A stretch of 33,614 nucleotides of DNA from a virus. The stretch is taken from positions 1-33,614 of the IMG/VR virus record IMGVR_UViG_3300000052_000059; one strand, written 5' to 3'. Within the stretch, counting starts at the first letter, position 1. Each line of letters starts with the position of its first letter. Both the position numbers and the translations under genes were made by a program. This document shows, one piece after another, positions 1-8,592 of this stretch. Below the pieces are notes generated by a model. The model was not told the origin of the DNA. It searched no databases and saw nothing but the letters and a program-made list of their open reading frames with translations.

Positions 1-52
1 CAGCCAAAGCCCGAGCCGATACCGTCGAAACCGTGGCCAGCGCAGAACTTAA
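1..52. repeat. Terminal overlap, copy 1 (identical to 33563..33614)
   Basis: Read directly: cagccaaagcccgagccgataccgtcgaaaccgtggccagcgcagaacttaa occurs at both window ends. It lies inside one continuous reading frame, so it behaves as the overlap of a circular or circularly permuted assembly. Confidence 0.9.
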
Positions 53-176
53 ACGCGCTCAAACACTGGAGACTCTGGGCAAGGTCGATGAGACTGCACA
101 GAACATGGCGCTCACAAATGCAGAGGCAGTCCAACAAATTTTGCAAGGCCAGATCGTTCAACCAGTTGTAAGATGA
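1..176 (+). CDS. Portal protein, 3' end (continues the ORF left open at 33614 across the circular junction); stop TGA at 174..176
   Basis: The frame starting at nt 3 (gcc aaa gcc cga...) is the same frame as 33541.. at the other end. It translates ...AKAAKARADTVETVASAELKRAQTLETLGKVDETAQNMALTNAEAVQQILQGQIVQPVVR*. Confidence 0.85.
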   Translation, partial: AKARADTVETVASAELKRAQTLETLGKVDETAQNMALTNAEAVQQILQGQIVQPVVR

Positions 177-250
177 ACGAAAAAGCGCGAGAATGTGATA
201 AACGGCATCCACCCAGCCGTTCTAATGGGTGAGTTTGATGGGGTCAGAAG

Positions 251-1147
251 ATGAACACAAAGGCAGTATCAGGAGAAGAAAACCAAGACGATGACACCAT
301 TGTTGTTGAGGACGATGATCAGAGCACTGAGCAAACCACCGATGAGCAAAAATCCATTGGTGACCAAGGCGAAGACCAAGATACCGAAAGCAACGAAGGC
401 GACAGCGACGAGGTGATCGTATCCATTGGTGAGGAAGCGCCACCTCCCGAAGAACAGACTCACGCGCCTGAATGGGTACGCGAGCTGCGTAAGACGAACA
501 GAGAATTGCAACGGCAAAACCGTGAACTGCAAGGAAAGCTGCAAAGCACCGCACAGACTGAGACCAAGCCGGTCGTGCTAGGCAAGAAGCCAAGCCTTGA
601 AGAACATGACTATGACGCTGACAAATTTGAGGCAGCACTGGCCAATTGGTTTGATCGCAAGCGACAAGCCGATGAAGCCGCAGCCAAGCAAGAAGCTGAA
701 GTTATGAATCAGCAAAAAGCATGGCAAGCCAAACTGGATGGCTACGGCAAGGCGAAAGCCGAGTTGAGAGTCAAAGATTTTGAAGACGCTGAGGCCGTGG
801 CCCAAGAGTTGTTCAACATCACCCAGCAAGGCGTGGTGCTCCAAGGTGCAGATAATCCTGCGCTCGTCATCTACGCGCTCGGTAAGAACCCAAAGAAGGC
901 CAAAGAGCTGTCCGACATTAAAGACCCTGTAAAGTTTGCCTTCGCGGTAGCAAAACTGGAGAAAGAATTGAAAGTTACAAACCGTAAGGCAGCCCCGCCA
1001 CCCGAGAGAATCGTGTCAGGAACTGGCCGAGTATCTGGGGCGGTGGACTCAACCCTCGAACGGCTGCGAGAAGAAGCGGCTCGTACTGGCAACATGACGA
1101 AAGTCGTGCAGTACAAGGCGCAGAAGCGAGCAGCTTCATCAAAATGA
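251..1147 (+). CDS. Scaffolding protein candidate (298 aa)
   Basis: Lies between portal and coat, as P22 gp8 does (similar size). Has a very acidic N-terminus (EENQDDDTIVVEDDDQ) and a charged helical composition. No enzymatic motif seen. Confidence 0.6.
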   Translation: MNTKAVSGEENQDDDTIVVEDDDQSTEQTTDEQKSIGDQGEDQDTESNEGDSDEVIVSIGEEAPPPEEQTHAPEWVRELRKTNRELQRQNRELQGKLQSTAQTETKPVVLGKKPSLEEHDYDADKFEAALANWFDRKRQADEAAAKQEAEVMNQQKAWQAKLDGYGKAKAELRVKDFEDAEAVAQELFNITQQGVVLQGADNPALVIYALGKNPKKAKELSDIKDPVKFAFAVAKLEKELKVTNRKAAPPPERIVSGTGRVSGAVDSTLERLREEAARTGNMTKVVQYKAQKRAASSK

Positions 1148-1164
1148 TTTTTTAAGGAAATATT

Positions 1165-2457
1165 ATGTCTAACAGTTTCTCAAAAGAAGAACGCGTTGCC
1201 TTTGAAGACCTCCTCGAAGGCTTCCAAGACGCATTGGTTTTGTCACGTCATGTCAACATCTACAACACAGATCAGACAATGATGGAACGCGCCAACAACA
1301 CCATCTGGCGTCCCCAGCCTTACATTGCACAATCTATTTCCAGCACTCCTGGCAATAGCATTGCTGGCCAATATCAAGGCATGACTCAGTTGGCCGTCCC
1401 CGCCACCTTGGGCTACAGCCAGACTGTGCCTTGGGAAATGACTGCCCTTGAGTTGCGCGATGCGTTGCAAGAAGGCCGTCTGGGTGAGAGCGCCAAGCAA
1501 AAGCTGGCCTCTGACATCAACGTTGCCATCATGAGCTCCGCTGCAAACCTCGGCTCTTTGGTTGTGCCTATCGCTGCTGCTGCTGGTGATTATGACGATG
1601 TCTCTTTGTGCGACACCATCATGAACGAGCAAGGCGTTCCTGACTACGATCGTTTCATGGCTTTGTCTAGCCGTGACTACAACGGTCTGGCCGGTAACTT
1701 GTCTCAAGCCAGCCGTTCGTTCGGTAATGCCAAGTCTGACAAGGCATACGAGCGCAACTACGTTGGCATGGTCGCAGGCTTCGACACCTACAAGATGGAC
1801 TACGCAAACCGCTTGGCAGCTGCTGCTGGCACTAGCAAGACCATCGACACAAACGGCTCCAACACACAAGCGAACTACGCTCCTCAAGCCACTTCCACAG
1901 CTGTGGGCGGCCAGATCAACGTGGACAACCGCTTCCAGACCGTGACCGTGAACAGCACCACCGGCATTGCTGCTGGCGATGCATTCAAGATCGCTGAAGT
2001 CTACGCTGTGCACCACATCACCAAGCAAAGCACTGGTCAGTTGAAGACTTTCCGTGTTGTCTCAGTGACCAACAGCACACAAATGGTTATCACGCCTCCT
2101 ATCATTGGCGCTCAAACCATCGGTGGCACAGGCCCAACAGACGCTCAGTTGCAGTACAAGAACGTGGAAGTTGCCATCGCAGCCGATGCAGCCGCCATCA
2201 CCTTCTTGAACGTCAACGCAGCTTCTGTGAACGTGTTCTGGCAGCGTGATTCCTTGGAAATCTTGCCTGGCCGTTACGCAGTGCCCTCTGATGCTGGTGT
2301 CGCAGTGATGCGTGCAAGCACAGACCAAGGCATTGAGTTGGTCTTGCAAAAGTGGTACGACATCAACAGCATGACGATCAAGTATCGTATGGACACGCTG
2401 TTCGGTGTGGTCAACAAGAACCCCGAGATGTCTGGCATCTTGTTGTTCAACCAGTAA
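1165..2457 (+). CDS. Major capsid (coat) protein, P22 gp5-like, 430 aa
   Basis: Same length as P22 coat. By-eye matches to recalled gp5 blocks: NNTIWRPQ, VDNRFQTVTV..TTG, FRVVSV...ITPP, NVFWQRDSLEI. AAGGA SD before the ATG and a strong terminator downstream. Confidence 0.85.
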   Translation: MSNSFSKEERVAFEDLLEGFQDALVLSRHVNIYNTDQTMMERANNTIWRPQPYIAQSISSTPGNSIAGQYQGMTQLAVPATLGYSQTVPWEMTALELRDALQEGRLGESAKQKLASDINVAIMSSAANLGSLVVPIAAAAGDYDDVSLCDTIMNEQGVPDYDRFMALSSRDYNGLAGNLSQASRSFGNAKSDKAYERNYVGMVAGFDTYKMDYANRLAAAAGTSKTIDTNGSNTQANYAPQATSTAVGGQINVDNRFQTVTVNSTTGIAAGDAFKIAEVYAVHHITKQSTGQLKTFRVVSVTNSTQMVITPPIIGAQTIGGTGPTDAQLQYKNVEVAIAADAAAITFLNVNAASVNVFWQRDSLEILPGRYAVPSDAGVAVMRASTDQGIELVLQKWYDINSMTIKYRMDTLFGVVNKNPEMSGILLFNQ

Positions 2458-2472
2458 TCTGGCCAAAAAACT

Positions 2473-2494
2473 GGGGGGCTTCGGCCCCCCTTTT
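2473..2494 (+). terminator. Rho-independent terminator after the coat gene
   Basis: GGGGGGC-TTCG-GCCCCCC is a perfect 7-bp GC stem with a UUCG tetraloop, followed by TTTT (2491..2494). Confidence 0.85.
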
Positions 2495-2510
2495 CCAATA
2501 GGAGATCACC

Positions 2511-2681
2511 ATGCCATTGACAAAAGGTTATTCGAGCAAATCCATCGGAAAGAACATCAAGATGGAAAAGAAGTCCGGCAAGCCAATGAAGCAGGCTGTG
2601 GCCATCGCATTGAATGTAGCCACCAAAGCAGCCAAGGCAGCAGGCAAGCCCAGCAAAGCGCCCAAGAAGGCCATGAAATGA
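2511..2681 (+). CDS. Small basic protein, 56 aa (MPLTKGYSSKSIGKNIKMEKKSGKPMKQAVAIALNVATKAAKAAGKPSKAPKKAMK); not in the ORF track (<60 aa)
   Basis: AGGAG at 2500..2504 sits 6 nt before the ATG. The KQAVAIAL motif recalls small Lys-rich phage/bacterial proteins. Its stop overlaps the next start (ATGA-type coupling). Confidence 0.6.
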   Translation: MPLTKGYSSKSIGKNIKMEKKSGKPMKQAVAIALNVATKAAKAAGKPSKAPKKAMK

Positions 2682-2854
2682 AGGCCGGTCTATACGCCAA
2701 CATTCACGCCAAGCGTGAGCGCATTGCAGACCAGAAGGCCGCAGGCAAAACGCCTGAGCGCATGCGCAAGCCTGGCACAAAGGGCGCACCTACAGCCGCA
2801 GCCTTCAAAGCCGCTGCGAAAACAGCAAAGCCCATGAAAAGAAAGGCCAAATGA
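2678..2854 (+). CDS. Small basic protein, 58 aa (MKAGLYANIHAKRERIADQKAAGKTPERMRKPGTKGAPT...)
   Basis: This is the credible part of track ORF 2405..2854, whose upstream part overlaps the coat gene and the terminator. ATG 2678 overlaps the preceding TGA. Its own stop overlaps the next ATG at 2851. Confidence 0.55.
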   Translation: MKAGLYANIHAKRERIADQKAAGKTPERMRKPGTKGAPTAAAFKAAAKTAKPMKRKAK

Positions 2855-3147
2855 TGCAGGACATCATCCTCACGCCAAGATACTCAAAGAACAAAAAGCC
2901 TGTCAAGGTGCGCAAGCCCTCTAAGCCAATCGACGGCATCAACCACCGATTGCTTCGTGAGCAGGCTGAGGCAGAAGCACAGGCAGCACAAGCACGGGAA
3001 ATCGTGCCAGAAGACGATGCATTGCCAACCCGCGAGGAACTTGAGGCAAAAGCCACAGAACTCGGAATTCGTTTTGATGGTCGCACAAAAGACAAAAAAC
3101 TGGGACAATTGATCCAAGACAGATTGTCTGAGAACACAGGAGAATGA
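2851..3147 (+). CDS. Hypothetical protein, 98 aa, with a HeH/SAP-like C-terminal helix-extension-helix motif
   Basis: ORF coupled by an ATGA overlap. The C-terminal TREELEAKATELGIRFDGRTKDKKLGQLI resembles the HeH/Rho-N-like motif common in phage proteins. Confidence 0.5.
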   Translation: MMQDIILTPRYSKNKKPVKVRKPSKPIDGINHRLLREQAEAEAQAAQAREIVPEDDALPTREELEAKATELGIRFDGRTKDKKLGQLIQDRLSENTGE

Positions 3148-3148
3148 C

Positions 3149-3631
3149 ATGGGATGGACAAAGCGCCAATTCGTCACACAGGCCTTCGAGGAAATTGGCC
3201 TTGCCTCCTACGTATTTGATCTGACACCAGAGCAGCAACAATCTGCTCTGCGCAGACTTGACACCATGATTGCAGCATGGAATGCCCTTGGCATTCGTTT
3301 GGGCTACCCACTGCCATCCAGCCCACAAGACAGCGATCTAGATGAGCAGACCAATGTGCCAGACAGCTCGAATGAGGCCATCTACACAAACTTGGCTATC
3401 AAACTAGCACCAAGCTATGGCAAGCAGGTCATGCCTGACACCAAGATGACAGCCAAAGAGTCGTACAACACACTCCTGTCACGTGCAGCCATGCCAATGG
3501 AGCAACAACTGCCAGGCACAATGCCAGCAGGTGCAGGCAACAAGCCTTGGCGCGTCTACGACAACCCATTCTTGCGTCGACCCTACGATCCAGTCTTGGC
3601 TGGTCAAGACGGCCCACTCGAATTCAACTGA
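3149..3631 (+). CDS. Head-completion/tail adaptor protein, P22 gp4-like (160 aa)
   Basis: Size and position match P22 gp4. The C-terminal MPAGAGNKPW block resembles the recalled MPTGSGN region of gp4. Recognised from memory only. Confidence 0.6.
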   Translation: MGWTKRQFVTQAFEEIGLASYVFDLTPEQQQSALRRLDTMIAAWNALGIRLGYPLPSSPQDSDLDEQTNVPDSSNEAIYTNLAIKLAPSYGKQVMPDTKMTAKESYNTLLSRAAMPMEQQLPGTMPAGAGNKPWRVYDNPFLRRPYDPVLAGQDGPLEFN

Positions 3632-3643
3632 GGAAACACAATC

Positions 3644-4099
3644 ATGCCAACCATCAATCAACTATCGGGCATCAGCCAAGTCTCTGGCGGTGATCTGCTT
3701 CCGGTTTATGTCTCCAACAATGGTGACGCTCGGAAGGTTTCGATCTCGCAATTGCTGCAATATTTTGAGCAGACATTTGCGGCTCCAACGGTGGCCACAA
3801 ACCTCTACACACCAGGCACTGGCTTCAACATCACAGTGCCAACTCCAACCAGCGAACAGCAGTGGATGGTCATTCAGCCTGCTGGCACACTGGCCGCAGG
3901 TACAGTTACTCTGCCACTGAACACTGGCGTGCCAGACGGCACTCAAGTGCTGATCACCACCACCCAGATCATCACCAGCTTCACGCTGGCGGTCAATGGC
4001 GCGGCTAATGCATTTGGTGCACCAACAACATTGGCAGCCAATGCGTTCTTCACCATGCGCTTCTACCAAGCCACCAACAGCTGGTATCGCATTGCTTAA
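3644..4099 (+). CDS. Virion structural protein candidate (151 aa) with a fibre-like N-terminal motif
   Basis: GAGGA SD. The N-terminus PTINQLSGISQVSGGDLLPVYVSNNGDARKVSISQLLQY resembles the conserved N-terminal motif of many phage fibre-like proteins. Confidence 0.5.
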   Translation: MPTINQLSGISQVSGGDLLPVYVSNNGDARKVSISQLLQYFEQTFAAPTVATNLYTPGTGFNITVPTPTSEQQWMVIQPAGTLAAGTVTLPLNTGVPDGTQVLITTTQIITSFTLAVNGAANAFGAPTTLAANAFFTMRFYQATNSWYRIA

Positions 4100-4117
4100 T
4101 TTTTAGGAGTCACTATC

Positions 4118-5308
4118 ATGTTCATTCAACCAGCACCACCCACAAGCGAGATTGATCTGCCAATTCCAGCAGGCCAATTGATCAGCATTGGCAGCACTGG
4201 CAACGAGCCAACCACTGTCCAGTTGCAAACTGCCTACCCAGGCCAGTCGTGGATTTACACCACCATTGGAAGCCTGTTCAATGCAGCCAAAACCTTTGGC
4301 CCTTACACCCAAGATCGTGTGATGCGCATTTCAAGCCGCAACGCACAGGTTGAGTACAGCATTGGCGCACAGCCTCAACTTCGCAGTTTTCCTGCTTTAG
4401 TGATTGGCAATCTAGAGGCAATTAGTTTGGTTGAGCCTGCTGCCACGTTCATTACCCTCACTTATGATGACGACTCTGGCAATGTCCGCCTAAATAGCGC
4501 TGGCGCTCATGGACTGACAGCTGCCGTGGCAGTTGGTGAAGATGTTTATGTGACATGGACTGGCGGCACTGGCACAAATGGCTTCTACGAAGTCACTGAC
4601 CTTGACACCGACACCACTGGCACAGCTGTTACCGTTGATTTGCCTTACATTGATTCCACAGTGACGATCAGCATCGCTGCACCTGGCGTGGTTACTTGGA
4701 CAAACCACGGTCTTTCTGCAAATGACACGATTCGATTTACGACCACTGGTGCATTGCCAACAGGCTTGTCCGCTGGAACGACCTACTACGTCAAAACTGT
4801 TTTGTCTGACAACACTTTTACTGTGTCTGCATCATCAGGCGGTACAGCCATTACGACCAGTGGCACACAGTCTGGAACACAGACTGCCTTGGTCTGGTAT
4901 GGCACCGCAGTCGTCGCTGTGGCCAACACAGCGGTCACACTGGCATCTGTCACAGTGCCAGGATGGTCAATGGGTGTTGGAGGCGGCATGGAGATCGATG
5001 CGCTGTACACATTGACCAACAGCGCAACAGCCAAGAATATTGGAATGACATATGGCGGTGGTGTTTTGATGGCAGTTAGTGCAGCAAACAATGCGAGTGC
5101 CTGTGCTCAGAAGCTCATGTGCAACCGTGGAAGCTCTCAGATCATAAGTAATGCAGTCAACCAAGTTGGCCACGGCTTGTCAACAGGCGCAAATGTGGTT
5201 CTGACCGTAGATGCAACGCAAGACCAGACGTTTGCTTTCACCGCACAGCCTGCGGCAGCAAACAATGTAGTTATCTTGGAAGCCTTCAAACTTCACATTA
5301 ACTTCTAA
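4118..5308 (+). CDS. T/G/A/V-rich beta-structural protein (396 aa) with internal HGL..G..V.....TG repeats; fibre/adhesin-like
   Basis: AGGAG SD. Two related segments (AHGLTAAVAVGEDVYVTWTGGTGTNGFYEVT and NHGLSANDTIRFTTTGALPTGLSAGTTYYVKTV) resemble a repeat seen in phage fibre proteins. Confidence 0.55.
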   Translation: MFIQPAPPTSEIDLPIPAGQLISIGSTGNEPTTVQLQTAYPGQSWIYTTIGSLFNAAKTFGPYTQDRVMRISSRNAQVEYSIGAQPQLRSFPALVIGNLEAISLVEPAATFITLTYDDDSGNVRLNSAGAHGLTAAVAVGEDVYVTWTGGTGTNGFYEVTDLDTDTTGTAVTVDLPYIDSTVTISIAAPGVVTWTNHGLSANDTIRFTTTGALPTGLSAGTTYYVKTVLSDNTFTVSASSGGTAITTSGTQSGTQTALVWYGTAVVAVANTAVTLASVTVPGWSMGVGGGMEIDALYTLTNSATAKNIGMTYGGGVLMAVSAANNASACAQKLMCNRGSSQIISNAVNQVGHGLSTGANVVLTVDATQDQTFAFTAQPAAANNVVILEAFKLHINF

Positions 5309-5309
5309 C

Positions 5310-5594
5310 ATGGCCACCAAAGACACTCGCCTTGCTCGCGTTGGTGTGGAAGGCTATAACAAGCCTAAGCGCACGCCATCGCATCCGACCAAAAGCCACG
5401 TTGTTGTGGCCAAGGCTGGTGACCAAGTGAAGACAATTCGCTTTGGTCAGCAGGGCGTGTCTGGGTCTCCAAAGAAGGAAGGCGAGTCAAAGGCATCCGA
5501 GGCTCGTCGAGAATCATTCAAGGCCAGACATGCTGAGAACATTGCCAAAGGCAAAATGAGCGCAGCATACTGGGCCAACAAGGTCAAGTGGTAA
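5310..5594 (+). CDS. Conserved basic phage protein (94 aa)
   Basis: The ORF abuts the upstream stop. The motifs GYNKPKRTPSHPTKSHVV...IRFGQQG...FKARHAENIAKGKMSAAYWANK are recalled as a conserved phage family of unknown function. Confidence 0.55.
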   Translation: MATKDTRLARVGVEGYNKPKRTPSHPTKSHVVVAKAGDQVKTIRFGQQGVSGSPKKEGESKASEARRESFKARHAENIAKGKMSAAYWANKVKW

Positions 5595-5597
5595 GCC

Positions 5598-7010
5598 ATG
5601 CAAATCCCAATCCTAAACGGCATCTACGCTGACAACACGCCAGAGCTACGCACAGCCTATCCTGTGAACATGATGCCAGTGCCAAAGCAGTCTGGCATCA
5701 GCAATGGATTCCTGCGCCCAGGTGATGGCATTGTGGCCAATGGAACAGGTCCAGGCATTGACCGTGGTGGTGTCAATTGGAACGGCATCTGCTACCGAGT
5801 TATGGGCACCAATCTGGTGACCGTGGCCAGCAATGGCACTGTGACGATTCTGGGCGATGTTGGTGGGCCAACAACAGAGTTGGTGACATTCGACTACAGC
5901 TTCGATCTGCTTGGAATTGCATCCGGTGGCCGACTATATTTCTGGAATCCAGTTTCATCTACTCTTACGCAGAACACCGACCCAGACCTTGGCGTGGTGC
6001 TTGACTTCTGCTGGGTCGATGGATACTTCATGACAACCGATGGCGAGTTTTTGATCGTCACAGAGCTGTCTAATCCACTGGCAGTCAATCCTCTGAAGTA
6101 TGGTAGTTCAGAAGTTGATCCAGACCCTGTGGTGGCATTGCTCAAACTTCGCAATGAGGTATATGCGCTAAACAGAAACACCATTGAGGTGTTCGACAAC
6201 GTTGGTGGTGAGTTGTTCCCATTTGCACGCATCGATGGCGCTCAGATTCAAAAGGGTGTAATCGGCACATTTGCATGCTGCGTCTACATCGAGCGCATCG
6301 CATTTTTGGGTGGTGGCCGCAATGAAGCGCCAGGCATCTATATTGGTGCGGCAGCAACCACACAAAAGATCAGTACTCAAGAAATCGACAATCTTCTTCT
6401 GATATACACAGAAGAACAACTGGCCACGGTCAAGCTCGAAGCACGCAACGACAAGAATCATCAGCACCTCTATGTGCACCTGCCAGACCGCACAATCGTC
6501 TACGATGCATCCGCATCTGAAGCACTTGGCGAGCAGGTATGGTTTACGCTAACCACCAGTGTTGTCGACTTTTCGCAGTACCGCGCACGCAATTTTGTCT
6601 GGGCTTATGACAAGTGGTTGGTTGGCGACCCTCAATCCAGCTCTATTGGTTACTTTGTGCAAGATACTGGCCACCACTGGAGCCAGCAAGTACGCTGGGA
6701 ATTTGGCACGCTCATTGTCTACAACGAAAGCAATGGCGCAATCTTCAATGAGCTGGAGCTAGTCAGCTTGACAGGAAGTGTGGAATTGGGAACAAATCCA
6801 CAGATCAGCACCAGCTACAGCGTGGATGGAAAATCTTGGAGCCAAGATCGCTACATCAGCGTGGGCACGATAGGCAACACAGCCAAGCGCTTGGCATGGT
6901 TTCAACAAGGCCACATGCGCAACTGGCGCATTCAGCGATTCCGTGGAGACAGCGATGCCCACGTTTCGTTCATTCGTCTTGAAGCCCAGATTGAGGCATT
7001 GGCATTCTGA
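5598..7010 (+). CDS. Tail hub / packaged-DNA stabilisation protein, P22 gp10-like (470 aa)
   Basis: 470 aa versus 472 aa for P22 gp10. The N-terminus YPVNMMPVPKQSGISNGFLRPGDGI resembles the recalled gp10 YLPVNMLATPKE..SSGYLRSFPGI. Gene order is P22-like. Confidence 0.65.
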   Translation: MQIPILNGIYADNTPELRTAYPVNMMPVPKQSGISNGFLRPGDGIVANGTGPGIDRGGVNWNGICYRVMGTNLVTVASNGTVTILGDVGGPTTELVTFDYSFDLLGIASGGRLYFWNPVSSTLTQNTDPDLGVVLDFCWVDGYFMTTDGEFLIVTELSNPLAVNPLKYGSSEVDPDPVVALLKLRNEVYALNRNTIEVFDNVGGELFPFARIDGAQIQKGVIGTFACCVYIERIAFLGGGRNEAPGIYIGAAATTQKISTQEIDNLLLIYTEEQLATVKLEARNDKNHQHLYVHLPDRTIVYDASASEALGEQVWFTLTTSVVDFSQYRARNFVWAYDKWLVGDPQSSSIGYFVQDTGHHWSQQVRWEFGTLIVYNESNGAIFNELELVSLTGSVELGTNPQISTSYSVDGKSWSQDRYISVGTIGNTAKRLAWFQQGHMRNWRIQRFRGDSDAHVSFIRLEAQIEALAF

Positions 7011-7432
7011 TGGCAACCGCACCAGTTTCCCGAAGACTTAATTTGACGCGAGACCAACTCGCGGCATTCCTGACTGATCAGCAACAAATCAGGCAGTTTG
7101 AATTGCTTTTTTCCACAGTCGACGAGTTGCAGGTGATTGTCGGCACAGACTTCGAGTATCAAGCAGACACGGCAGCGGCCACGGCAAACGAGGCACTTGC
7201 ACAGCTTAGTGCACTAGCACAAGACACCGCAGTCGAGGATGCTGTTCTCAATGCCAAAGTGCAGCAGGCATTGGATGCCATTCCTCGATTGGCGCAAGCA
7301 CTTGACTTGCTTGCATTGGCTCCTGTGCGTAACAATATCGAACTGGCGCATGATGTGAATGGCATCCTGCCTTATGCAAACCAAACCGCCTCAGTGCGAT
7401 CTAATCAGGTGCTCACATGGCTTTCGATGTAA
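7010..7432 (+). CDS. Coiled-coil protein (140 aa); tail needle/plug candidate
   Basis: TGATG start-stop overlap with the gp10-like gene. Ala/Gln/Leu-rich heptad-like sequence in the position of P22 gp26. I saw no direct similarity to gp26. Confidence 0.4.
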   Translation: MATAPVSRRLNLTRDQLAAFLTDQQQIRQFELLFSTVDELQVIVGTDFEYQADTAAATANEALAQLSALAQDTAVEDAVLNAKVQQALDAIPRLAQALDLLALAPVRNNIELAHDVNGILPYANQTASVRSNQVLTWLSM

Positions 7433-7752
7433 TCACACCAGCAAAACTTGGCCAAGCGGCCATCACCACAGGAGTGACCACGCTGTACACAGTACCGGCC
7501 AGCACTCGCACGCTGCTCAAAGAATTAAGTATGGCCAACACCACGGCAGCGGCCATCAATGTTCGCGTGTTTTTGGTTCCATCCGCAGGATCGGCAGGCA
7601 CTGGAAATGCATTCCTCTACGATGTGCCAGTACCAGGTAACAACACTTTGCAATATAACGGCATTGAGGTGCTGAACGCAGGTGACACAATCCAGATTCA
7701 GGCGGCATCTGCTGGCCTGACCATCATCGCAAGCGGTGGCGAAGCCACATAA
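7417..7752 (+). CDS. Small beta-rich protein, 111 aa (paralogue A)
   Basis: AGGTG lies 5 nt before the ATG. Shares length and a motif pattern with the next gene (N.T.A...V.V.LV.S.GS.GT.N ... AS.A..LTI.ASG.E.T). Confidence 0.6.
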   Translation: MAFDVITPAKLGQAAITTGVTTLYTVPASTRTLLKELSMANTTAAAINVRVFLVPSAGSAGTGNAFLYDVPVPGNNTLQYNGIEVLNAGDTIQIQAASAGLTIIASGGEAT

Positions 7753-7762
7753 GGAGAATGAA

Positions 7763-8098
7763 ATGACCGTATCAATCAAGGTGCTTATCCCACCAAAGCA
7801 GGCTGAAAACTCTCAGACCACGCAGTACACAGCAGTGAACTGTAAGGCGATCATTGACAAGTTCACGATCACCAACACTAGCGCAGGCAATGTGACGATC
7901 AGCGTCAACTTGGTGACAAGTGGTGGCAGTCCTGGCACGTCCAACTTGATTATGGACACCAGAGCTATTGCACCTGATGAGACCTATACCTGCCCAGAGC
8001 TGGTTGGCCAAGCGCTTGAGTCCGGTAGCTTCATCAGCACCATTGCAAGCGCAGCAACATCGCTCACAATCCGCGCATCTGGCCGCGAAATCACTTAA
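7763..8098 (+). CDS. Small beta-rich protein, 111 aa (paralogue B)
   Basis: AAGGAG at 7751..7756 sits 6 nt before ATG 7763, which I prefer over the track start 7736 because that start overlaps the upstream stop. Same length and motif pattern as 7417..7752. Confidence 0.6.
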   Translation: MTVSIKVLIPPKQAENSQTTQYTAVNCKAIIDKFTITNTSAGNVTISVNLVTSGGSPGTSNLIMDTRAIAPDETYTCPELVGQALESGSFISTIASAATSLTIRASGREIT

Positions 8099-8112
8099 TC
8101 AAGGAGAACAGC

Positions 8113-8514
8113 ATGGACAAATTCATGATGATGCCCAAGGGCTTTATGGGCTTGCCGATGGAGGAAGAATTCATCACTACAGCAGAAAACAAGAAGAACA
8201 CCCAGATCGCCATTGACGACTGGATGCTTGGCCCTGAGAATCCATCCAACGAGCCAACAGCCAACAAAACCTACTGGATTGCTGTTGGCAAAGCCATGCA
8301 AGTGGACGAAAAAGAAGCTCGTCGTCGTCGATGCTCCAACTGCGAGTACTACGACAACAGCACCATGACGCAGGCCAAGATGGAGCGCATTCCCCGCAAC
8401 AACTGGGACACCGATGCTGGTTTCCGTGGTTACTGCACCAAATTTGAGTTCATCTGCCACGACCTTCGCGTCTGCCAGGCATGGGATGAGCGTGAATTTG
8501 AAATGGAAGATTGA
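8113..8514 (+). CDS. Cys-rich hypothetical protein (133 aa), possible metal-binding
   Basis: AAGGAG SD. Contains CSNCEYYD...GYCTKFEFICHDLRVCQAW (five Cys, including a CxxC). Confidence 0.5.
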   Translation: MDKFMMMPKGFMGLPMEEEFITTAENKKNTQIAIDDWMLGPENPSNEPTANKTYWIAVGKAMQVDEKEARRRRCSNCEYYDNSTMTQAKMERIPRNNWDTDAGFRGYCTKFEFICHDLRVCQAWDEREFEMED

Positions 8515-8592
8515 CCAAATGCCAAAATGTGGGAAAATAAAGGCGCTGAGTCTATCGGGCCACCAGCAGCTCACCATGAACAGGAGTTGCAC

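Noticed and set aside
1-52. The 52-nt terminal repeat as a biological DTR or cos site
   Set aside because: It sits in-frame in the middle of the portal gene, and the packaging genes are P22-like (headful). This is most simply an assembler overlap marking circular closure.
201-221. Hairpin AACGGC-N9-GCCGTT downstream of the portal stop as a terminator
   Set aside because: The stem is short, the loop is 9 nt and there is no T-run. It lies within a tightly coupled portal-scaffold-coat block, where termination would be counter-productive.
222-2028. Long antisense ORFs inside the scaffold and coat genes (222..638, 269..544, 578..844, 871..1116 and 1243..2028, all on the minus strand)
   Set aside because: They lie entirely opposite well-supported structural genes, lack SD sequences, and have Cys/His/Arg-rich shadow-frame composition typical of GC-rich antisense frames.
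2405-2677. The N-terminal two thirds of track ORF 2405..2854
   Set aside because: It starts inside the coat gene and reads straight through the terminator hairpin. Only the part from ATG 2678 is credible. A separate SD-led 56-aa ORF in another frame occupies 2511..2681.
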